Shown here in pieces: positions 57,422 through 64,000 of a stretch of 64,000 nt of DNA (positions are counted from its first letter, which is position 1; each line of letters starts with the position of its first letter). The translations under genes were made by a program, and so were the position numbers. Under the pieces are notes generated by a model. The model had not been told where the DNA came from and ran no database searches. It saw only the letters and a program-made list of their open reading frames with translations. Origin of the DNA: Bacteroidota bacterium (GTDB lineage Bacteria > Bacteroidota > Bacteroidia > CAILMK01 > JACPUW01); assembly GCA_016192035.1 (NCBI GenBank), contig JACPUW010000032.1, positions 1,450 to 65,449 of the forward strand, read 5' to 3'.

Positions 57422-60400
57422 CTATTCAGGCTTCACCACGCTGTCTATTCCTTCCCTGTTGCGAAGGCCTATTGACTCCTTAATGCCCGTTAGCAGGGCC
57501 TTTGCCCCATAATTGAAAATTGACAGGTACTCATTGCGCACGTAGTCAATCTTGCCGGTGCGGGGGAACAGCCTGTTGCTGTTCTTGATAACGAAGTTAT
57601 TGGCCAGTACCTTCATTGCCCATTCCTTGAAACTGGTTTCCCCTTTCTCATCCAGCACTTCCACGTTAAGATCGCTGTACCTGAGGTCAACCGTGCCGCT
57701 GGCAAAGTATTTATTTGCCTGGCCCTTAAAGTTCATTCCATAGGTCTCCCCCTTGGTTATCCTTATTTGCACCAAGCTCATGAGCAGTGGGTTGATCTCG
57801 CGCATGTCCATGCCATTCATATTTCCCCAAAACGTAAAGGTGCACTCGGGGTCTGAGAGGGGGATATCAATGCCCAGGTTTACCCTTCCGTTTTCCATTA
57901 AGCCCGTGGTAAACAATAGTTTCACCACCGTGGTATCCATTTGGTTTGGTATATTGGTTACGGCACTTATGGTGCCGGTGAGGTGATGAAACTCGATACT
58001 CCCAGGTTCCATGAGGTTGTCGGCCTTTTCTTCATATTGTATGTTCCAGTCCACCAATGATGTTTTTCCTATGTATAGTTCTATGGGAACTTGCCCCAGG
58101 ATTTCTTGCGGCATGTCCCTTAGTTTGGCCTTATCTGGCGGATAGGTCTTGTCTGTATAAACGGAAATATCGGTCTTGCGCAACCATACTTCTTCAGCCA
58201 CATATCGTCCATAATAAAGCCACTCCTTGAAATTGAATCCTTCAATGCTTGAATTTGTGTTGGTTACCTCTATGCGGTCTATCTTCTTGCCATATTTGGC
58301 GGCATAGGCCACCTTGCTGTATTTGGGCACCAGTTTCACGGAGTCCAAATAGATCCGTCCTCGGTTCACATCGGCATTTAGGGTGCCCAGGTAAACTTGG
58401 TTCAAACCATCGGGGAGGTCATAGCTAAAGTTGCTCAATTTGGCCGAAATAGCCCTTGAATATAAGAAATTTAGCTTACCCAAATCACGGTTCACCTCAA
58501 AGACCTGAAAAAGGATGTCCCATCCATCTATGCGCTGGCGGTCCACCTGCCTGGTGGCCTTGTTGCGGTAATACACATTGATTCCGGCACTCCCTAGGTG
58601 TACCGTGTCGGCATAAATCCGGTTGAAAGCCCTGGTAAGGGCCCTAGGGATGGTTTCTTCAAAGAATTGTTTGTTATCGGCCGTTTTCTTGCGCATGCCC
58701 ACAGTAAGGGAAGCTCCTTGAAAATCAGCTTTCTGAAGGAGCAGCGATTTCTTCAGAAGAAATTGTAGAAAGTTGAATTCCAACAAATGGACCCTATCAC
58801 TCTTGATGGAAAAATGGGCCAGGGAACCCTCTTGCCTTCTGTTCTTAAGCTCCAATTGTTCTAATACCACCGAATTTTTGTGAGGCAATAACATAACCCC
58901 GCCCAGGCTCAGGACCATGGAGGTGTCATTGGCCCTCTGCTCAAAATTCTTAAACCCAATCTCTGATTTTTTGGCAAAGAACATATTAGACTCGGTAAGG
59001 GTGGTATTTGTGTCTATATGTAGGTCTTCCATGTAGGCCATCAGGTCGCTCACGGTATATTCCACCTGCCGCTGGCCCTCATAGGAGGTATAGTGCACCT
59101 CACCCTCATGTATCCTTACCGCCTGTATGGCAATTGGCCCCAAGTACTCCTTAATTTTCATGAACGGTGAGGTAAGGAAAGAAACAAGCCCGTTGTTGTC
59201 AGCTTTATGTATATGGCCCACAAAACGCGGTTTGGATGAATAAAAATTGTCGGCTTCCACCGCACGGGTTGCAAAAAACCGGGGCAAGTCCACTCCACTA
59301 ATCTTTGTGCTGGGAGTACTGAACCAAACCGAGTTTTTCCCCGAATAGGTATCGGAGAGTGGACGAATGTCCAATCCTGACACCTGGGCCAATTCAAAGC
59401 CAGAATTAATGGCAAAACGCTGGGCCTTGACCCCGTATCCCTCATTTCCAAAAACCCCCTCCACTTCATTGCCCAGGGCCAGAATAGAGTACAGGTTAAA
59501 CCGCCCAGGTGCCATGGTGGTATCCCAAGTGAGGTCACAAGCCTGAAAAACAAGCCCTTTAATATTTACGGTGTTGCTATTTTGTCCGCTGGGCCTGCTT
59601 TCCACCCGTAGGTCCACACTGTCTATGTTCAATTCGCCCAAACGAAGGCCTGCTACGCCCTGGCCCTGGGGCAATGCACCCAAAAAAAGGTCCAAATGGC
59701 CGCGACCCTTGCACTCCACATAGTCAATATCAATCATTTGTTGTTTCTGCCACATCTCCAAGTGCAATCCCTCAATACCCACATTGGTGAACAAGGCTTG
59801 CCTTATGACCGTAGGAAGCGTGACACCTGAATCTGCGGGCAATTGCTTTCCATTAATCGCTATTTCATTGGCAAAAAACCCGTTTTTATCAGAAAAGTAT
59901 TTGAGATTGACCGCCACCAACTCATGCACGCCATCACCCAGGTACGCCCGTGCACTGCGCAACTGCACATTGTACCAAGCGGAAAGCAAGCCAAGGCCAT
60001 CACTCCGGGCAGGGTTGTTCAGGTCAAACTTATTGCAGTACAGCTTGATGCCATCGGCCGCAGATTCTGTCTTGCCCTTGTGGTTGTTTACCACCAGTTT
60101 GGCATTATCAATTTCCAAGTTTTCAATGCTGGCTTTTCTGAACTGTTTCTTAACCATGAGCCTAATGGCTTCATCTGGCGTGAGTTGACCCCTTTCCTTA
60201 GGCCCATTATAGATTAGGTTGGGCGACTCTACCAGCATGGCCCTGGCAATCAATTCCCTCCCCAATAATGCCTGCATGGGGTCAAGTCCAAAAACTTGAA
60301 TAGAGCGTATGTCGCCTCTCAGCCTGGACTTTTCATTGGCAGTGCCGGTGGGTTCCAGGTGTACGTTAAAAAGGAGCAGTTCTCGGTTAAGGGTTGATAG

Positions 60401-61645
60401 ATTGGTTGACTCTACGGTGATCATGTGCAGTTTATCAGCACTTGCAATTTCCATAGTCCCCAGGTTCAGCGTCACATCTCGGGAATACAGGGTTTTCTTG
60501 TTGTTCATGAACGCGTTGGAGTCAACAAACAACCTGGAAAGCATGAGGCGCTGAATGGGCAAATCGAGTTGGGTTTTCCGCCGGCCAAAGGCATTATATA
60601 GGACTAACCCAGTATTGCTTATAACCAACTTGTTGACCAACAAAGTGTCAAACACCTGGCGAAGCCTGGCCCATACACCAAGGGAATCCGCCCGCTGGTA
60701 TAACTTCCGGTTAGCCACGCCAGAATCAGCCACTACAATCCTGGCTTTGAAATTGTTATTAAAATACATACCGGCAAAGTCCACTCCCCCCAATTCCACG
60801 GTCTTGAATACACCGTTCATCTGGTTGAACGTACCGTTTCCCACTGCACTGCCGGTTTGCAAACCCAAGTCCCTAAACCGAACAATGGAATCCAATGTGT
60901 TAAAATATACGCTTGAAAACTGTATCCCATGTAAGCTATCAATTCCAATTTTGTTGCTATCTAAATGAATCTCTAGCTTGTTTAGCACGATTAGGGAGTC
61001 CTTTGGTTTGAATTTGTCCAAAGCAAAACCTTCAATTAGCGTTTGTATTCCAGTAAGTTGAAACGATGATTCCTTTGTTTCGTGCCGGGTGGTCACCCGC
61101 AGGCTGGCATTGTCCACCATGAGATACTCTATGTGCAACACGTCTATGTAGCGGGCCAAAACTTGGTGGAAATTCCTAAAACTAACCCTTCCCTTTCGTA
61201 CTGCCCCATAAATGGCCAGGTCTGTTTCCAGGCCGTCAATCTCTAGCCTCTTCACGTGCAAGGTTTTATTGAAAAACCATTTCAATATGCTTGGCCCTTT
61301 CATAGAGAACTGCCCACAGGCAAAGGAAATCATCCTATTGCTAAGGCCCTTTTCAAGCATGTTGTTTGCAAAAAGCACCGTATCAGGCACCAATTTCACG
61401 CCTTCAAAATCCATTTCATTTCCCAGCAGGTTAAATCGCACCCCATCATACTGGAGCCTATACACCCCTTCGGAACTCTGGTACACTACCTCTTTGATAA
61501 CCCTTCCGATGAGTGCATCGGAGTACAGCAAAAAGACAAGCTGGAATACCAACACAAGCCCTAAGAATGAGATACCCATATACAAAAACCAACGGCGTGG
61601 TTTTCGTGCCTGGTGCTTTCCTGTGTTTGGAAGGGTATCGGTCAT
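57422..61645 (-). CDS. TamB/AsmA-like giant inner-membrane-anchored protein (translocation-assembly-module family)
   Basis: The 1407-aa ORF has a single N-terminal TM anchor (WFLYMGISFLGLVLVFQLVFLLY). The rest is a very long, beta-rich, repetitive extracytoplasmic region. Size and architecture are typical of Bacteroidota TamB-domain proteins. The assignment is by architecture only. Confidence 0.5.
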   Translation of the reverse strand: MTDTLPNTGKHQARKPRRWFLYMGISFLGLVLVFQLVFLLYSDALIGRVIKEVVYQSSEGVYRLQYDGVRFNLLGNEMDFEGVKLVPDTVLFANNMLEKGLSNRMISFACGQFSMKGPSILKWFFNKTLHVKRLEIDGLETDLAIYGAVRKGRVSFRNFHQVLARYIDVLHIEYLMVDNASLRVTTRHETKESSFQLTGIQTLIEGFALDKFKPKDSLIVLNKLEIHLDSNKIGIDSLHGIQFSSVYFNTLDSIVRFRDLGLQTGSAVGNGTFNQMNGVFKTVELGGVDFAGMYFNNNFKARIVVADSGVANRKLYQRADSLGVWARLRQVFDTLLVNKLVISNTGLVLYNAFGRRKTQLDLPIQRLMLSRLFVDSNAFMNNKKTLYSRDVTLNLGTMEIASADKLHMITVESTNLSTLNRELLLFNVHLEPTGTANEKSRLRGDIRSIQVFGLDPMQALLGRELIARAMLVESPNLIYNGPKERGQLTPDEAIRLMVKKQFRKASIENLEIDNAKLVVNNHKGKTESAADGIKLYCNKFDLNNPARSDGLGLLSAWYNVQLRSARAYLGDGVHELVAVNLKYFSDKNGFFANEIAINGKQLPADSGVTLPTVIRQALFTNVGIEGLHLEMWQKQQMIDIDYVECKGRGHLDLFLGALPQGQGVAGLRLGELNIDSVDLRVESRPSGQNSNTVNIKGLVFQACDLTWDTTMAPGRFNLYSILALGNEVEGVFGNEGYGVKAQRFAINSGFELAQVSGLDIRPLSDTYSGKNSVWFSTPSTKISGVDLPRFFATRAVEADNFYSSKPRFVGHIHKADNNGLVSFLTSPFMKIKEYLGPIAIQAVRIHEGEVHYTSYEGQRQVEYTVSDLMAYMEDLHIDTNTTLTESNMFFAKKSEIGFKNFEQRANDTSMVLSLGGVMLLPHKNSVVLEQLELKNRRQEGSLAHFSIKSDRVHLLEFNFLQFLLKKSLLLQKADFQGASLTVGMRKKTADNKQFFEETIPRALTRAFNRIYADTVHLGSAGINVYYRNKATRQVDRQRIDGWDILFQVFEVNRDLGKLNFLYSRAISAKLSNFSYDLPDGLNQVYLGTLNADVNRGRIYLDSVKLVPKYSKVAYAAKYGKKIDRIEVTNTNSSIEGFNFKEWLYYGRYVAEEVWLRKTDISVYTDKTYPPDKAKLRDMPQEILGQVPIELYIGKTSLVDWNIQYEEKADNLMEPGSIEFHHLTGTISAVTNIPNQMDTTVVKLLFTTGLMENGRVNLGIDIPLSDPECTFTFWGNMNGMDMREINPLLMSLVQIRITKGETYGMNFKGQANKYFASGTVDLRYSDLNVEVLDEKGETSFKEWAMKVLANNFVIKNSNRLFPRTGKIDYVRNEYLSIFNYGAKALLTGIKESIGLRNREGIDSVVKPE

Positions 61646-61743
61646 CCTTTGCTATGGCCTACATGTATAGCCTGTTCAATACAAACGAAACAAATTTAGC
61701 CCCATGCATATACAGGCCTTGGGCACTTATTCACCCACGGGGC

Positions 61744-62451
61744 CTATGGAAACCAAAATGAAAGTCCCAGCGCGAAGTAATGCCCCTGCAGGGCCGAACG
61801 CACGGAGACCAGTCCAGGCGCGTCTTGTGGCCCATAGTCCATATAAAGGCTACCCAGGTTGCCCATCATACGGTTGTAATACAGTCCTATATCCATGGCT
61901 GCCCCCGACTTAAAGCTAGTGCCAATCACTGCCCCTGCCCTAAGTGAAACCTTCGTTTTAGATTTCATATACACCAAGGCATAAAACCATTCATTTCCGC
62001 TGCCCACATCACTGGGATTCATTTCCAATACCGGCCCGGCCTCCAATCCAATCCTGGCCGTGGCCGATAAAGGCACTTGCAACAGCCCGAGTAGCGGCAC
62101 CTGAAATCCTGGCTGCCGGAGTTTGCCCCTAAAAGTATCGGTACTGCCGGTCATAGAAAACACATAAGCGCGGTTTACCATGCTAATACCTGTTTGAAAA
62201 GCAAACCTATCACGCAATGGAAAGCGCAATTTGGAGTCGATGGCCATAGACAACCGGGGCGCATAGCTAAAGGCCACTCCCTGCTCCTGCAAGACGACCT
62301 CACCCCCCCACAGCGCATCACTCGTTATGATTAGGGATGTCCCCGCACCAAACGATGCGCCTGATTCCTGGCCCTGGGCAATGCCATACCTGGGAGCCAT
62401 AGCTACAAGAAACAGTATGCTACAGCACCATAAGCTCCTTGGTAACGCCAT
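61744..62451 (-). CDS. Small outer-membrane beta-barrel protein (PorT/OmpA-barrel-like family, uncertain)
   Basis: The 235-aa ORF has a signal peptide (…AMAPRYGIA/QGQ). The mature protein shows alternating hydrophobic beta-strand patterns and an aromatic-rich C-terminus (…YFALGLSFWFP). It overlaps the M24 peptidase gene by 32 nt. Confidence 0.45.
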   Translation of the reverse strand: MALPRSLWCCSILFLVAMAPRYGIAQGQESGASFGAGTSLIITSDALWGGEVVLQEQGVAFSYAPRLSMAIDSKLRFPLRDRFAFQTGISMVNRAYVFSMTGSTDTFRGKLRQPGFQVPLLGLLQVPLSATARIGLEAGPVLEMNPSDVGSGNEWFYALVYMKSKTKVSLRAGAVIGTSFKSGAAMDIGLYYNRMMGNLGSLYMDYGPQDAPGLVSVRSALQGHYFALGLSFWFP

Positions 62452-63502
62452 TATTCAGGTTTATACATCCATCTTCCTTGATCACCACGCAATCTTCAAT
62501 CCTCACCCCTCCTACACCTTCTATATATATACCTGGTTCTATGGACACTACTGAGTTTACAGGCAATAGTTCTTCATTGTTGCTGTTCACATAGGGTTGT
62601 TCGTGTACGTCCATGCCCAGGCCATGGCCGGTGCCATGCACAAAATATTGACCGTATCCTTTGGAATCTATATAGTTGCGGCATACCATATCCAGTCCCG
62701 ACCCAGTTACATGTGCCGATGCCCTGTCTAAACCAGCCTGTTGCGACCCTTTCACTGTTTCATAGATATCCCTGAGCCTATCACTAATCTGGCCCAGGGC
62801 CACTGTCCTTGTCATGTCTGATGCGTATCCGTCCAAATAACAACCCCAATCTATGGTTATCAACTCTCCGCTCACCAGTTCCTTGGCACTGGGGCTATAG
62901 TGAGGAAAAGCACCGTTGGTACCTGAGGCTACTATGGTGTCAAAACTGTATTTATCTGCCCCCATGTCCTTCATAAGGTACTCCAATCGGGCAGCAACCC
63001 ATTTTTCCGTTTTGCCTACTTGTATCTCCTTTACCAATTGATCAAAGGCCCTACAGGCAATGTCAGCCGCTTCTTGCAGCTTTTGTACCTCCGGCCCACT
63101 TTTTATCTGCCTAAGCCCCTGTAGCATGCCGGGTGCTGAGATGATCCTTAAAGCTGGGTGTATCTCGTTTATGGTAAGCACACTGCTGTATTTGGTAATA
63201 TGGGGGTCAAGCAATAGGGAATCCACTCCCAGTTCTTTGAAAAGGGCCACAAGTCCATGATAGGCCTTGCCTCTTACTACCATGCGCACTTCATAATCAG
63301 GCGACTCCATCTTGGCTCGGGTGGTGTATCGACCGTCAATGCAAAGTATTTGGGCATTCTTGGTTATCACCAGTATGGATTCAGAACCGGTAAATCCAGC
63401 GATGTAAGCGGTATCAGGTTGGCCTGAATGCTCGTGGTTGATTACTACCAGCGCATCTGCATGGTGCTGGTGCAGGGCTTCTCTAATATATGCCAATTTC
63501 AT
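62420..63502 (-). CDS. M24-family Xaa-Pro aminopeptidase/dipeptidase
   Basis: The 360-aa ORF has the creatinase-like N-domain and a pita-bread catalytic domain with the signature HGTGHGLGMDVHE and metal ligands (…EPGIY…RIED…). Confidence 0.8.
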   Translation of the reverse strand: MKLAYIREALHQHHADALVVINHEHSGQPDTAYIAGFTGSESILVITKNAQILCIDGRYTTRAKMESPDYEVRMVVRGKAYHGLVALFKELGVDSLLLDPHITKYSSVLTINEIHPALRIISAPGMLQGLRQIKSGPEVQKLQEAADIACRAFDQLVKEIQVGKTEKWVAARLEYLMKDMGADKYSFDTIVASGTNGAFPHYSPSAKELVSGELITIDWGCYLDGYASDMTRTVALGQISDRLRDIYETVKGSQQAGLDRASAHVTGSGLDMVCRNYIDSKGYGQYFVHGTGHGLGMDVHEQPYVNSNNEELLPVNSVVSIEPGIYIEGVGGVRIEDCVVIKEDGCINLNNGVTKELMVL

Positions 63503-63674
63503 GTGTAATGGGGCTAATGTTTTGCCGAGCGAAAGTAAGCCTATGCTTGACTTGTGCTGCCAGCGTATTGGAATTGGCTTAAGTACATTACCCTATAAAA
63601 CGGGAATTCTGGTACCACGCAATTCTCTGTATGATGGCAACTGGGGTATATTAGCCCCCAATAAACAGCCCACC

Positions 63675-64000
63675 ATGAAAGGAGGAATTCTTACCCTGCT
63701 CCTAAGTATCAGTTACTTATTAAGTTTTGGACAAGCAGCTGATCCAGTGGCAGAAGGCATTCTGTATATCAATGAACAGTTTGCCAAGTATAACCCATAC
63801 AACACCAGTTTCAGGATAGACCGCAATAAGAAGACCGTGGCCTGGTACAATGACTATGGCGAGAGGGAGGCCCCTTTGTCAGCTGTGGAACTGCGGGTAA
63901 CGGAAGAAAAACACATTGGGGTCTATTGCCTTGACAGCAACAGTTCTTGCATAGTGCAAGACCGTGGTTCCTCATCCAATACCAGCTCCTATGACATGAC
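63675..64000 (+). CDS. Hypothetical secreted protein (5' partial, runs off window end)
   Basis: ATG at 63675. It begins with a signal peptide (MKGGILTLLLSISYLLSFGQA) and stays open to the window edge. It is absent from the ORF track only because there is no stop. Confidence 0.4.
   Translation, partial: MKGGILTLLLSISYLLSFGQAADPVAEGILYINEQFAKYNPYNTSFRIDRNKKTVAWYNDYGEREAPLSAVELRVTEEKHIGVYCLDSNSSCIVQDRGSSSNTSSYDM

Noticed and set aside
1-64000. Search for CRISPR arrays, tRNA/rRNA/tmRNA/RNase P/SRP RNA, IS elements and integrases
   Set aside because: I saw no direct-repeat/spacer periodicity, no cloverleaf-like conserved tRNA boxes or known ncRNA signature strings in intergenic regions, and no transposase- or integrase-like ORFs. 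The window appears to be core chromosome.

Overview
This 64-kb window looks like a chromosomal segment of a Bacteroidota genome with about 50% GC, probably Cytophagia- or Sphingobacteriia-like. The evidence is three proteins carrying Bacteroidota-specific type IX secretion system (T9SS) C-terminal sorting domains (one type A, two type B), and Bacteroidota-style gene contexts such as a fused SecDF, a fused E1 alpha/beta dehydrogenase and a long LptF/G-like permease. Coding density is high, and I called about 46 protein genes. Most are housekeeping: ribBA, psd, cdsA, dusB, purC, phoH, rsmD, accC, udk, trkA, secDF, cysS, rplU and rpmA. Others include a hutF plus N-formylglutamate amidohydrolase pair, a fused E1 alpha/beta dehydrogenase, an S9 peptidase, a TonB-dependent receptor, a hybrid sensor kinase, a rhomboid protease and an M24 peptidase. 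I recognised no rRNA, tRNA, CRISPR array, transposase or integrase. Four rho-independent terminators are visible, and two of them are bidirectional.

The most unusual locus is 25.7-33.5 kb on the minus strand. An ECF sigma factor is followed 6 nt later by a 439-aa protein with anti-sigma-like topology: a cytoplasmic N-terminus, one TM helix and no Sec signal peptide. That protein nevertheless ends in a T9SS type-B C-terminal sorting domain. It is followed by a 1969-aa cysteine-rich T9SS type-B surface giant. This suggests an undescribed link between ECF signalling and T9SS cargo.

Other loci worth a second look:
- a translationally coupled outer-membrane pair (a short FadL/PorV-like protein and a 684-aa protein with a helix-hairpin-helix segment) next to a small membrane protein;
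- a 1407-aa TamB/AsmA-like protein paired with a 235-aa beta-barrel instead of a TamA;
- a secreted retropepsin-like protein with DPG in place of DTG, next to a VF530/DUF2132 gene;
- a TMTC-like GT-C/TPR membrane protein next to a rhomboid;
- a DUF3822-like gene with no canonical start codon;
- a 430-bp non-coding gap.

All functional calls rest on motif and family recognition by eye. No database searches were run.
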